Of a stretch of DNA of 64,000 nucleotides, positions 37,101-51,400 are shown piece after piece. The notes below the pieces were generated by a model, which saw only the letters and a program-made list of their open reading frames with translations, did not search any database and had not been told where the DNA came from. The number at the start of each line of letters is the position of its first letter. Positions within the stretch are counted from its first letter, which is position 1. The position numbers were made by a program, and so were the translations under genes. The stretch covers positions 5,642,001 through 5,706,000 of the forward strand of contig NC_090340.1 in assembly GCF_035084215.1 (NCBI RefSeq), given 5' to 3'. This DNA is from Heptranchias perlo. Its lineage: Eukaryota.

Positions 37101-38261
37101 CAACATTCTCCATTCCACTGGAGAAAAAGCTCACCTGAATCGTTCTACATGGTACCAATTTCTTATTCCTCACAACACTCCAATTAACCTTCATTATATC
37201 TGTGAACAGGATCAAAATACTTTGCTATAATTGGATGAGCCGGACAGCACGTAATGCTCCAAATGTGACTCGAATGATCCTTTGTGCAAATTCAACAACA
37301 CTTCGTTTCTTTTATATTTAGTTCGCGAATGAATAAAACCAAAATCCCATCTGCCTTTTATACTTGCACTTCTAACTCCGATCTATTATATCAAAGCCTC
37401 GAACTGGATGCACACTCGATTTTCTAATATGTACCCCAATGCATGAAACTCTTACCCAAGACCACGAAGATAGAAAATTACCACAAATTGTTTTTGAAGG
37501 ATATGCTGTTCATGGACTCATAACAGTATTATAAATACACCAGAACTTGCGGTTTGACATTTACACACAAAATGCAAAATTGAACAACAGTCAATGGCTT
37601 TGTGATACTTCTGACGTAGCCTGACCCACAGGAACCTTCTGCACAGCGACTTGTTTTGCAGCACATCATATTCAGCCGAGCATAAAAGCAAACGGAAACA
37701 TTGTAGTGCTGACCACAAGCCAAAACGTGCAATTTGCAGATTTTATCGGTAAACTGCAGAATCGCTGGTGCTCTTTACTGCCAATAACTAAATAAACCAG
37801 TCCTTCTCTGAGATAGAGCATGTTAATTCAATCGAAAGTTCAGCTCATCCCTTAACTCCGGTTCGGTGACAAATGTGCAGCAACGGACTGCAGCCATCGC
37901 TGATACATTACTTGACACGCCTTCTATGACCCACCTAATGTCGTGGCTGATGAGGGTTATTGAGCAAAATGAAATATTCGTTATGGCTTTCTCAGGAGTT
38001 CCCGCCGATGTTTCGGCTGTGTTGCGGCGGGAGTTTGGTGGAAACGCTGCCGAAATCACAGGATAATTAATTGACACAAACGCTGAAGATTGGCTTTTCT
38101 GCTGCAACAATTAACTACACAGGACCGTAGTTTAAAACAAATAACAAGCGTGTTTTATTTTAAATCTACGCACATTAACACGATGCACGAGGCAAGTATT
38201 TCGTTAAATTTAAATTGCTGATTCATGTCAGTTGCTAGCTTAGCTTTGGGACGATCTTGGA

Positions 38262-39630
38262 ATCATAGAACCAAAGAATCGTTATAGCACAGAAGGAGGA
38301 TATTCGGCCCATCGAGTCCGTGCCGACTATTTGTAAGAGCAAACCAGTTAGTCCCATTATCCCGCTCTTTCCCCTTCGCCCTTCAATGTTTCCCTTCATA
38401 TATTTATCCAATTCCGTTTGGAAAGCCACGATTGAATCTGCTCCCACCACCCTTTCTGGCAATGAATTCCAGATCATAACTACTCCCTGCGTAAAAAAGC
38501 TTTTCCTTCATTTGCTTGGTTCATTCGTCAATCACCTCAAATCTGTAACCTCTGGTTTGCGATACTTCCACCAATGGGAACAATTTCTCTTTATTTGTTT
38601 TTTCTAACCCTTCAAGATTTTGAATACCTCTATCAAATCTACTCTCAACCTACTCTGCACAAAGGAGGACAACTCAGCTTCTCCAGTCTATCCGCGTAAC
38701 TGAATTCTCACGTCCCTGGAACTATTTTAGTTAATCTTTTATGCGCCCTCTCTAAGGGCTTCACATCCTTCCTCACGTCTGGTGCCCAGAATTGGACACA
38801 ATGCTCCAGCTGTGGTCGAACCAGTGTTTTATAGAAGTTCATCATAGCTTCCTTGCTTTTCTACTCTGTGCCTCTAGTTTGAAGGCCCAGGATACCGAAT
38901 GCTTTATTAACCTCTTTCTCAAACCGCCCTTGCCCCCAGTTCCCTCTGTTCCTGCACACCATTTGGAATTATAGCATTTAGTTTATACTGCATCTCCTCA
39001 TTCTTCCTGCCAAAATATATCACTTCACTTCTCTGCATTAAACTTCATTTGCCATGTGTCTGCCTATTCCACCAGTCCGTCTATTCACTCTTGACATCTA
39101 TTACTACCTTCCTCACTCTTTCGTACACTTCCAAGTTCTGTGTTATCGACAAATTTTGAAATTGTGCCCTGTTCTCCCAAGATCAAGTCAATGATAGATA
39201 TCAAGAAAGAAGTGGTCCTCGTACTGACACCTGGGGAACACTATTGTATGCCTTCCTCCATTCCGAAAAACAATCGCTAACCACTAATCTCTGTTTCATG
39301 TCACTTAGCCAATTTGGTATCCATACTGCACTGCCCCTTTTCGTCGAGAGGCTTGAATATTGGTGACAAGCCTATTATGTGGCAATCGATGTGAAGATTA
39401 ATTTTGTCCCAGATTATCGTTTCTGAAAGCTTTCCCACCACCGCGGTTAAACTGACTGGCCTGTAGTTGCCGGCTTTATCCTTGCACTCTTTTTTGAACA
39501 AGGGTGTAATATTTGCAATTCTCCAATCCTCTGGCACCATCCCATATCTAATGAGGTTTGGAAGATTATGACCAGTTCCTCTGCAACTTCCACCCTTACT
39601 TCCCTCAGCAACCACGGATGCATCCACTCC
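38262..39630 (-). mobile_element. CR1 LINE fragment (copy B-specific)
   Basis: VPEDWRIANITPLFKK...NYRPVSLT; tail gaatcatagaac at ~38262. Confidence 0.8.
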
Positions 39631-40037
39631 AGACGTGGTGAATTATCTACTTCAAAATATGTTGAGGAGGTCCTTATTTTACCTTCTTCTTGGTAAGATG
39701 TTCGACGTTGCAATGTATCATTGACAACGAATTGTAAATGGAAATTCTCCACGAAAAGGTATCGAAATTTAGGTGTTGCTGTGGGGAACCTGTTGATCCA
39801 ATGAATACAATTTTCACCGATGTTTCGCTGAAGATACTGCGGGAGACCAAGAAACAGAAGCAACGAAAAAGCTACGCATTTACAGTTTGGGTTATAGGCT
39901 AAAGGTGTAATTTCAACTTCTCGTGATAGCGCACCACAGGTTAACACTTTTTCTAAACAGCGGACCAAGTAGTTTTCGAGAAACGGTTTTAAGTAACTCA
40001 ATTGTGAGAAATCTAAATCTCAATTTTACTTCATGGG

Positions 40038-41545
40038 TACATAGGAACAGTAATAGGCTATGTAGACCCTCCAGCCTGCTCCGACATTCAATGAGACCAT
40101 GACTGATCTGTATCTTGACTTCATTCATCCGCCTTGGCTCTATAAACTTTAATAACCTTGGCAAGCAAAAATCTACCCATATCAGATTTAAAATTATTAA
40201 TTGAGCTAACATCTGCTGCATTTTGTGCAAGAGAGTTCCACACTTTTACTCCCCTTTGCGTGAATAAGTGTTTCCTAACTTTTCTCCTGAATGGCTTGGC
40301 TCTGATTTTAAAGTGATGTCCCGTTGCACTGGACTCCCCCAACAGCAGATAATGTTTCTCTCCACCTACCCTATCAATTCCTTTCAAAATGATAAAAACC
40401 TCAATGAAATCATCCCTGAACCTTCTGTATTCCAGGGAATACAAAACAGGTTGAAGTAATCTTTCCTCCTAATCTAACACTTGGAGCACTGGTAACATTC
40501 TGCTGAATCTGCACCGCACTACTTCCAAGGCCAATATACCCTTTCTAAGTTGCAGTGCCCAGAACTGTACAGTACTCTATAGGTGGACGAACAAGGGATT
40601 TGTATACATGTAGCAATCATTCCTCACTGTTATATTCTAGCCCTCCAGTTATAAAGGCTAACATTCCATTAGCATTTTTGATTATTTTTTTTGTGGCTAC
40701 TGCATTTTAGTGATCTTGGTATATGAAACCCTAAATCTCTCTGGACCTTCACTGTTTCAAGCTTTTCATCGGTTGAAAATTACAATGATTTCTCTTTTTT
40801 TGTTCCAAAATAGATGACCTGCACTTAAATCCATACGCCACAGTTTCACCCACTAAGTTAAACTATCAATGTATCTTTGTAATTTTATGCTCCCGTCCAC
40901 ACTACGTACTATGCCAACAATCTTTGTGTCACCAGCAAACTTGGAAATATGGCTCTCTATTGTGTTTTCTAAGTAGTTCATAAATGCAGTGAATAGATGA
41001 AGCTGCAGCAGAGATTGTTGTGTGAAACCACGAGTCACTTCCTTCCAATTCGAGTACATAGCCATTACCTCTACTCTCTGCCTTCTACCACTCAACCAAT
41101 CTCCTAACCAGGTCAATAATTTGTCTTCAATTCCATGAGCTTTCATTTTAGCTGACAGTCTCTTATGTGAAACCATTTCAAATTCCTGCTGGAAGTTCAT
41201 ATAAATGACATCCATAGACAGTCCCGTGTCTACTACTTTAGTTACTTCCTCAAAAGGTTCAATAAGATTCCTCAGACATGACCTACACTTTTCAAATCCA
41301 TAATCACTCTCTCGAATCAGCTCAAATTTGTCTAAGTGCTCAGTCACGCTGTCCTTAATAATATATTCCAATAACTTCCCCACAACAGATGTTAGACTAA
41401 TAGGTCTATATTTTCCTGTTTTCTCTGTCACCTTTGTTAGATAATGCAGTTCCATTTGCAATTTTCCAACCGAAAGGCACAATTACTGAATCGAGAGAGC
41501 TTTGGTAGATTATGGCTGAAGCATCTGAATTTCATCGCTTAATTC
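40038..41545 (-). mobile_element. CR1 LINE fragment (copy B-specific)
   Basis: ORF 40853-41482 (YRPISLTSVVGKLLE...KFAGDTK) and ORF 40121-40444. Confidence 0.8.
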
Positions 41546-42276
41546 AGGTCCTGGGGAGTTGTTCAATAGTTTATTTCGTGTTCGGGAGATCCAAACGATC
41601 TTATAGGCCAAGCCTCATGTCTTAGTCGGCTGATTCTCCAGTTGTGGGGCATCTCACACTGCCACTGCTTGTCTCCAGTTATCGCTCGATAAAATTCGGA
41701 ACTTGATTGACGAGCTATGTTGCCATTTTAGCCATATCCTGACGTAACTGCAGCTGCAGAGTTCATAACAAAATGACTAATTTCCATTGTCTATATACTG
41801 CCCACAAATTTGTAATAATAACCCGAGGAGAAATTTGAAAATCTACACATTTATTACATCTAAATTCAATTATCTCCTCTATCACAATCTATTCGTGCCA
41901 TCAGGTCAGGTCATTTTGACTCTGTCCAAGAATCTATGGAACTTACTCCCGTCCAAAATTTAACTTGTTACACGAATGAACGCGATTGACAGGACCTTTA
42001 GTACTCAAGCGATCCTCTTCAGGTCTACAATGCAAATATTAAACAGATTCTTCAGAATCTAAAGTAGTAACGACTTGCAATAATCGCCCTTCCTGGCGGG
42101 CGAAGAGTCGATGAATTATGGACTTGAGAGCTCATGTATAATTTTAATAAACTCCCCCTATTTTTGCTGTAAGTACAGCTTTCTAGTTCCTGTTACCGTT
42201 ACTGATCACAGTTACACTCGCAAATCTTACTCTAATTGTCATGTTTTTCTTCACTTCATCCACTCCACAATTAAAC

Positions 42277-42298
42277 AGTCATGTGATACTTGACGTCA
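42277..42298 (+). promoter_or_regulatory. M-box/E-box plus CRE upstream of gene B
   Basis: AGTCATGTGA at 42277-42286, TGACGTCA at 42291-42298; conserved with copy A. Confidence 0.55.
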
Positions 42299-42405
42299 CA
42301 GATAATTGTGAAATTATATTAGATGCACAGCCACCCATTCCCCAAATCTTCATCCATTCGGCTCTCATTCACAAAGGGTGATCTACTGTACTTTCTTTGC
42401 ACGAT

Positions 42406-42460
42406 ATGTCTATGAGTGTGTCACTTTGGAGCATATGTTCCTTTGGCATTTTGTATCCAG
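42406..42460 (+). CDS. Gene B exon 1, signal peptide (MSMSVSLWSICSFGILYP)
   Basis: ATG at 42406; donor CCAG|gtagac. Confidence 0.8.
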
Positions 42461-45400
42461 GTAGACTTTTATTTTTTTTTGTTATCAATCTATCTTTCCT
42501 GAACAAGAAACAGCACATGAACTATTTCTTATAGTTGATGTACAATTGGATATTATTTTATGCTGTTTTAAATTAATGTTTGTTATCATGTCCCTTGCCA
42601 GAGGGAAACATCTAGTTGAGTAAGGTGATGTTTTTTTTATGATCATTCAATGAGGAAACAATTTCAACAGATGGAAAATAATTCTCAGAATTAGGTATAT
42701 TGAATTACTAAAGTATCAATGGAGTGGATGGAGGATCTTATTTTACCGGTTCAGGTCATCTTCCCTATATATGAATTATTTAACGGTGTGGCTTCTTTTG
42801 TTGATAGTTGCTGTGGATACTTTGGGCAAGTTGTCTCCGGGTATTGTGCAAAAGAAGGCGCTAAGAGGTACGAACATTACCTTGCAATGTCCTTTTCCCT
42901 TCGATCTCGATCATTCAAACATCAGCATTTACTGGTGGAGAGAGGGCATCGGTACCTTTCTGCAAGAAGAGAGCAGAAAACAGTTCCAAATAAAAAAAGG
43001 CTGCGCCTATCTTCATCTCTTGAATGTGACTGTCCCTGACAACGGAACGTATCATTGTTTGGCTGAAGATCAGAAGCAAAGGGTTAGAAAAGAATCTCGT
43101 GTGCACGTTATTGTTTTTGGTAAGTATCAGTGGAACTGGAAATGTGAAGAGTTTAGTTGCTTTTGATATTCAAACTGCGTTTGACATGGAATTCCAATAA
43201 TGAAATGTCCTGTGTATAAAAGAATACAGCTTTCTTCTTATTTATAACGACACGCGTTCAACAATAATGAAACCTTCCCACTTCCAGAGCCTCTCCAAAA
43301 TGTGACAACTGAACAATATCTTCAATTGTTGTTTAATGTTATGTTCATCAAGGAAATAAATTCCAGGCTGGGAAGTAAAATGCTTCTTTCCAATTTTAAC
43401 ACTATGTACCCCTATGAAACATCTCGGGGTTATTTGCAATGTTACAGATATTTAAAGATCCAATGGAAAGAAGAGGATAGAGGAGAAAGATTCCCATTCC
43501 CTCATTTAGACGGCGCGCTTCCCGCTTCTGGTATCCAGATAAAATTCCTGAATCGCCGTTCGGTGAACAGGCGAGATAAACCTGATAAATCAGGTGCCGT
43601 AGTCCAGACCGAGGTTTGAACTGGATCCTTTACATACAAATGAAGGAAATGTTCTTGATGTAACAAGAGAACGCGTCCTGTTCAATTTCAAATGTTTAAG
43701 CGTAGCATAGTCATTCGTACACCATAATATTAATAAAAAGAGGCCCAACTTTGGAAATAAATGTTGTTAAATACAACAGTTATACGTCAGTACTGCTGGG
43801 GAGGAAATTGGGATATTAATACCTGTAGATATATTGAAGAAATATTTAGGTTGAGTTCCATTCAGCATAAATAATAATTGCCAATACAACTACGGTGCCC
43901 CGTCACAAGCGCTGGTTTATTTATGAAAACAGAGTGTAGAAATTCCTACATGTCAAATATTTTTCTGCATCTCTTTTTGTTCTTTACCATTTAGCTGTAC
44001 CCTCTCCGCTGAAGATTGTCGCCATAACATCCGAAGGGGCTTAATCCGCTTCTCTGCGACTCCAGTGCAGAACGGCTGCTTTTTACCCGAAGGACTTTAA
44101 CCTCATCTGGCAAAAAAATGGTACCGAAATCGTGACTGGATTTAGAACTGAACAACAGGCAAACACAGAGGGACTGTATGAAGTTACCAGCTCCTTAGAA
44201 GAGACACACCCAATCGAGCGCGGCACAATTTACACCTGTAAAGTATATCACCTTTCAAACTCAATTCCAGCAAGTGCCAGCTACACTGTTGGTAATGATG
44301 GTAATTTTATAGCACATATGGTATTGTATTGATTTCCGTGTTTCTTCTCGCACTAATCGAGCTTCCATCGCAGATAATGGGTAAATACAAGAAAATGCGG
44401 GAAGTGTTTCCTGCAGTTGTTCGCATATCATTCTGTCACCTCCGAAGTCTGGTTTTACTCCAGCTCCCATCGATCGCGTGAAGATTCCATTTCTGTTGGT
44501 TATTGGGATATGATGAGAAATAATTTGGACACAAGCAACTTAGCTAATAGTGGACAATAGTCCTCAGCACAGTTTCCATAATTCATGCTAACTGGCAAGT
44601 GATATTGCAAGTTCACTAAGAAAGGGCACGGTGAGGGGTGATGCCGGAAAACCGAACCATTCGTCATTGGGATTGAAATAGTTAGTGAGGGCTGGAGGCA
44701 TGGAATGGGGGAATTGATGACTTTGACATCCCTGCATCCAAGACGCAATCCAAGGTCATTCCCTGCATCATCAGATTCACAGTGCGGAGCCCTCGACACT
44801 GCACCAAATATAGAATAATTAGGTTGTTCTTGTGGAAAAATGGAAAAAGTCTTCGTGAGGCTGTGATCCGAAAGGCAATTCTAGTGAATTTGTAAATACG
44901 TCCCAGTGTCTTTAAGAGTTCGCCCTCAATCAGCAATTGTTATTTAATGTTATGTTTATCAAGGAAAGTAGATTAAAGGCTGCGAACTATATTGCGTCTT
45001 TCTAATTTTAGCACTAAGTATCCGTATAAAACATATTGTGGTTATTTGCAATGATGTAGATGTTTAAAGGACCAAAGGAAAGAAGAGGATAAAAGAGGAA
45101 GATTCCCATTCCTTCATTTAGACCACGCGCTTCCAGTTTCTGCGATTCAGATAAAATTCCTGAATCGCCGTTCGGTGAAACAGGCGAGACACATAAGATA
45201 AATCAGATGCCGTAGTCCAGACCGAGGTTTAAACTGGATCCTTTATCTACAGAAGAAGAAAGTGTTCTCTAAAAACGTAACGCTTCCTGCACTATTCCAA
45301 CTGTTTAGCACAGCAAGACGATTCGTACACCGTAAAATTAATATAAAAGAGGCCCAATTTTCGAAATAAATTTTGTAAATACAACAGTGATACATCAGTA

Positions 45401-48400
45401 CTGCTGGGGAGGAAATTAATCATAGAAAACACCCAAAACATCTTTAATATTTTCCTACATATCGCGACCAGATGAATTCTTATCCCAATGAACTATACTC
45501 CCATCAATTAGTGGAGGATCATTCAGTGTGTTTTTCCACCTTTTTACGGATTGCTGCTAATTATCCAAACTACGCGTTATTTGAAACACTTTGTTGCCGA
45601 TTTCATACAAATCAGATGAATAAAGAATTAATTAAATGGACCTGCTGATGCCTTATGTATTGTATTAACGTATTCTCATAGGAGTATCTTTGTAAGTGAT
45701 GCTTGTGATATTTAAACCTACGTATATTCTTTTTTAATTTCCCCAGTTTCTAATTTTGTTTTGATATCAATCTCATAGATGTTGACTCTGCATTCAGTGT
45801 TGCTCTGATCGCTGAATGTGCCGGGATTGCAGTGGTAATTCTACTGTTGACCGTTATGATTGTGAAGGGACTTCAATTCATTACGTCCAAAGGTATGAAG
45901 CATCCCGACCTTCTTGATCATTGACTATCTGTTAGCAAATTACAACAAATTCCTTAAATTAGAAATTAACGGTATAATTGATGCCGAAGCAAATACTATA
46001 CACGCAGGCAGATACTGTATAACATTAGTATAACATCATTGGTAGCGGAGCTGCCCAGTTGTACAAACTATCCGAGGGATTGATGTGACAATATTTCTGA
46101 AGATACATCGCCATATCTCACCGCTTCAACAGCAGCAGTCTCGTAGCTGGAGTTTGCTGAACTCTGTTGGTGTAGGTCTAAATCTCGTGCAGTGAATGTC
46201 TAGGGTGCATAATGTTTACACAGCTTCATCACAAGGGACATAACACAACGGAAGCGCGCGTTTCTAGGATGCTGGAGATAAGGCGTGATACGTGGGGCCC
46301 TATTAGAAACTGCGAACTGAACTAATTGCATTTGATTTCGTGGTTCTGGTGAAACACCGAAATATTGGGCAATTCTTGGCCATTCATTTCAATTTTATTT
46401 CCCACCAGGTACAAAGAGAAATCCAGTGAATTCTGCTCGGCATGAAGATCGGGTAACGTCACCTTATTTTTCACTACTTTGTTTCAAAAGGACTGAGATT
46501 TTGCACTCAAATGAGACAGCGTTAAGAATGTTCCCTGCTTGGATTTATTCTGTGTGTCTCGCTGTTCTGTAAAAAAAAAATTATGATAAAAAATTGTAAT
46601 ATAGAATAACGAACGGAGTGTTTAGAAACTCTCGCACCGATTTTAAGTGATCAGATAATTGTTCAGTTTAATCTACCTTATTGAAAATTGCCATAATATT
46701 ACATGCCATAATATTATAATAACTGTAGTATTGAGCATTACAGAACGTTGTTTGTTTCTTTGTGCTAACCAGGTGATAGCATGGAGATGTAAACACCCAA
46801 CATTGATCCTTGTTCATCAATTGACAACAGATATCCATAACAGATTTCGACCTTCCTAAACAGTCCATTATTTTGAGCAAACTTCAACTCCGCCTTTCTG
46901 CGCTGCTCAAAATCAACCCATCCCGTCCGTTTAGATCGGTGACCTACCTGCCTTCTCCCAGGTGACCGAACCCAAAGGGTATATGCCGTGCAGCCAATCT
47001 GCGGTTATCTTTAATAAGCTGGTGGCCTCAAACAGTATCCTATTAGAGGCTGTTCCCCCCAAAAGTTCCACAAGTGGTGGCGTGGAAGCTGGATCAAGGA
47101 CAGTTGCTGTTGGAGCACATGTTTCATTATTATTCAGTCTCGTGATTTGGGTTTCGTTGGCAAGGCAGATATTTATTGCCCATCCCGAGTTATCCTGAAA
47201 ACGTGGTGGTGGGCCTTCTTCTTGAACCGCTTATAGCGGTTTGATAAAAAATAAATGGCTTGCTACGCCACTTCAGAGGACAGTTAAGAGTTAACCACAT
47301 TGTTGTAGGTCTGGATTTACTCATAGGCTAGACCGTGTAAGGGCGGCAGGTTTCCTTCCCTAAACGATATTATAGAACCAGCTGGATTCTTACGACAATT
47401 CAACATTGTCACTGATACCAGCTTGTTATTTTCAAAAATTTTAAACTAAATTCAAGTTCTCAAACTATTGTTTGAATGCAGCTGCTCAGGGTTATTAGTC
47501 CAGGCCCCTGGATACGGTGACTAAAATTGAAAAAACTTGTTCTGGAATGTTGCGTGCTTCACCATTTTAGGAATAATGTGACATCGCGTTCTCCCTTTCT
47601 TATAAATATCGAGACAGCATGACATATTTGCTCGGCTCAGGGCCATGGTCCCTCCCCGAAGCGGGCACTGTGCCCCCGGTGACATGCAAATCAATATCCA
47701 ATGATATGATAGTCTCCCCAGAGAGCTCGAACAATAAGACCCATACTTTGTCTGCGTTGTATACTGTGATCTGCTCATGTCCATATATGCGTTTCTTTTA
47801 GATTCCAAATGATAAGGATTGCGATGAGTCCAGGTCAATTATAGATCAACAAGTTATTTAATTTTATATGGCACACATGAATCATAGATGCATAGAACCA
47901 TAGAAAATTTACGGCACAGAGGGAGGCAATTCTGCCCATTGTGTCTGCGCTGGCTGAGAAACGAGCCACACAGCCGAACCCCACTTTTCCGCATTTGGTC
48001 CATAGCCCTGTATGTCACGGCTCTTCAGGGACACATTGAGATATTTTTTAATGAGTTGAGGGTTTCTGCCTCTACCACCCTCTCAGGCAGTGATTTCCTG
48101 ACCCCCACCACCCTCTGGGTGAAAGAAAATCCCAATTTCCGCTCTTATCCTTCTACCAATTACATTAAATATGTGCTCTCTGGTTATTCACCCTCTGCTA
48201 AGGGAATTATCAACTTTATCTAGGCCACTCATAATTTTGAACAGCCCACTGCATTCACCCCTCAGCCTCCTCTTTTCCAAGGAAAACAACCCCAGCCTAT
48301 CCAATCTGTCATCATAGCTAAAATTCTCCAGCGCTGGCAACATCCTCGTAAATCTCCTCTGCACCCTCTCTAGTTCAATTACATCTTTCCTGTAATGTGG

Positions 48401-51400
48401 TGACCAGAACTGTGCTCAGTCCTCAAGCTGTCGCCTAACTAGTGTTTTATACAGTTCCAGCATAATATCCCTGCTTTTATATTCTATGCTTTGGCTAATA
48501 AAGGAAAGCATTCCATATGCCTTCTTGACCACCTTATCTACCTGTCCTACTACTTTCAGGGATCTGCGGACATGCACTCCAAGTCCCTCGCTTCCTCTGC
48601 AACTCTCAGTATCCTCCCATTTACTGTGTATTCCCTTGCCTTGTTTGCTTTCCCCAAATGCATCACCTACACTTCTCCGGATTGAACTCCATTTGCCACT
48701 TTGCTGCGCATCTGACCATTCCATTGATGTCTACAGCTTTCCCCCTCACTATCAACCACACGGCCAATCTTTGTGTCATCCGCAAATTTCTTAATCATGT
48801 ACCCTATGTTTAAGTACAAATCGTTAATGTACATCACGAAAAGCAAAGGACCTAGTACGGAGCCCCACTGCACCCCACTGGAAACAGACTTCCAGTCGCA
48901 AAAACACCCGTCGACCATTACACTTTGCTTCATGCCACTGACCCAATTTTAGATCCAATTTGCCTCATTCCCTTGGATCCCATGGGCCTTTACTAATGAT
49001 TATGTTTATCACAGCGAGATTGACCAAGTTTCGATCACTACACCTATATTTTGAAATGAAGACCCATTATATGGGCCGACGGCCTGGAATTTCCTTTCAT
49101 AGACGCGACGCGGAAGTTAGACCCGAAAACGTGTACAATCCCGTGATCATCCTGCCAATGTTGTTAGGCTCCATTTTACTGTGAATCTCATTTGAATGCG
49201 CTTCACCATAAAATGGGAGTAAATCACCTTAAACAATCGGGGCCCAAGCAAAGCACCGAGCTGGCACGATGTATTCCTTCTTTAAGTAAAATTTAAGCTT
49301 TCAATTCATTCATCCATCACAATTACGTCATTGTACGTAAAGCGTTTTGGGACGTCTTGCGATCCTGAAAGGCGCAACACAATGCAAAATCATCCTTGAT
49401 CGATGAACGTTCAGCAGCATGTTTAGGCACCCGCAATCGGGGAAACTTTTCAAGGTTTAAGGTGACTTCTATTGATGCCAAAAAAATTCATGAAAAGAAA
49501 CATCGAACAGAGTGCCGGTCGCAGTAATCATACATGAAATAAAACGCTCCGAAAATTGCAATAAATCACCGGAAAAATGACTTTGTTTCCTACTGCGACT
49601 CAACAACCGGTAGTAATTTTAAGACAGCCCCTGGGCAAGCGCAACTGCAGGAAACTTGTAAACTGAGATTGGCGCCATATGGGAGGGAAAGTACAGAGCG
49701 AGGAGGACGTAAAAAACCTGCAGGGGGATATAGGCAGGCTGGGTGAGTGGGCGCAGATTTGGCAGATGCAATACAATATTGGAAAATGTGAGGTTATGCA
49801 CTTTGGCAGGAAAAAACAGAGAGCAAGTTATTATCTTGATGGCAAGAGACTGGAAAGTACTGCAGTACAAAGGGATCTGGGGGTCCCAGTGCAAGAAAAT
49901 CAAAAAGTTAGTATGCAGGTGCAGCAGGTGATCAAGAAAGCCCACGGAATTTTGGCGTTTATTGCTAGTGGGATAGAATATAAAAACAGGGAGGTATTGC
50001 TGCACTTATATAAGGAATTGGTGAGACCGCACCTGGAATACTGCATACAGTTTTGGGCTCCATACTTAAGAAAAGACATACTTGCTCTCGAGGCAGTACA
50101 AAGAAGGTTCACTCGGTTAATCCCGGGGACGAGGGGGCGGACATATGAGGAGAGGTTGAGTAGATTGGGACTCTACTCATTGGAGTTCAGAAGAATGAGA
50201 GGCGATCTTATTGAAACATATAACATTGTGAAGGGGCTTGATCAAGTGGATGCGGTGAGGATGTTCCCAAGAATGGGTGAAACTAGAACTAGGGGGCAGA
50301 ATCTTAGAATAAGGGGCTGCTCCTTCAAAACTGAGATGAGGCGAAACTTCTTCACTCAGAGGGTGGTAGGTCTGTGGAATTTGCTGCCCCAGGAAGCTGT
50401 GGAAGCTATATCATTAAATAAATTTAAAACAGAGATAGACAGTTTCCTAGAAGTAAAGGGAATTAGGGGTTACGGGGAGCGGGCAGGAAATTGGACATGT
50501 ATTTAGATTTGAGGTTAGGATCAGATCAGCCATGATCTTATTAAATGACGGAGCAGGCTCGAAGGGCCGATTGGCCTACTTCTGCTCCTATTTCTTATGT
50601 TGTTATGTTCGTATTTATGGCCGGAGATTTGTTCAGTGGGAGGTATTGACAGACTGTCGTAAAAGATCGAGGAGATGTCGTAGTTCGGCACATAACTCAC
50701 TTTTACCCTAAATACTGCGATTTCTTAAGCAAGTAATCGGTTTTCCACCAGGTTACGCATGTCTCTAGACATCAAGTACAGAGGCTGTTCAAGCCGTCAA
50801 CTGTAACTTCGACAGAAACCTGTGAGAAATGGCGTTAACGGTCTTGATGCGCATCTTCCACGCAAATTACACCAATTCCAGCCCTACGTTCATTACTCCG
50901 CTGTAGCACTCTGATCATGTGTCAGAAGGTCGTGCATTAAAGCACCACTGCAGAAGCAGATCCTATACTGTAAGTTGACGTTCACGTGCAGTACTCGGGG
51001 AGTGTTGCATTGTCCGATTGTCAAATGAGACGATAAACCAAGGCTTCCGACAAGTCCACTTAAAAGATACCAGCACAATATTTCAAAAACAGCAGGCGAG
51101 TTCTCCTGATATACTGGCCCAACAATGATACTTTAGCAAACACCAACAACACAGATTAACTAATCATTTATTTCACTGTTATTTGCGTAACCATGCTGTT
51201 CATTCATTGGATGCCACATTTCGCTGCATAGAAACAGTATTTATGTTGTAGAAATAATGAATTTCCTATGAAACGCTTCGGGACATCCAGACATCCAGAG
51301 TATCTGGATGCCTCTCTGTAAATACATTTTCTTCCTCCTCCGCCGCCCCACACTTCGCTGTACCGAGGATTAATTTGTACAACTGCCAATCGAAACGATC

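Noticed and set aside
46962-47198. 78-aa ORF with a hydrophobic end as a second TM exon
   Set aside because: Its frame is incompatible with the phase-1 TM donor, it runs into a SINE, and it is not conserved as an ORF in copy A.
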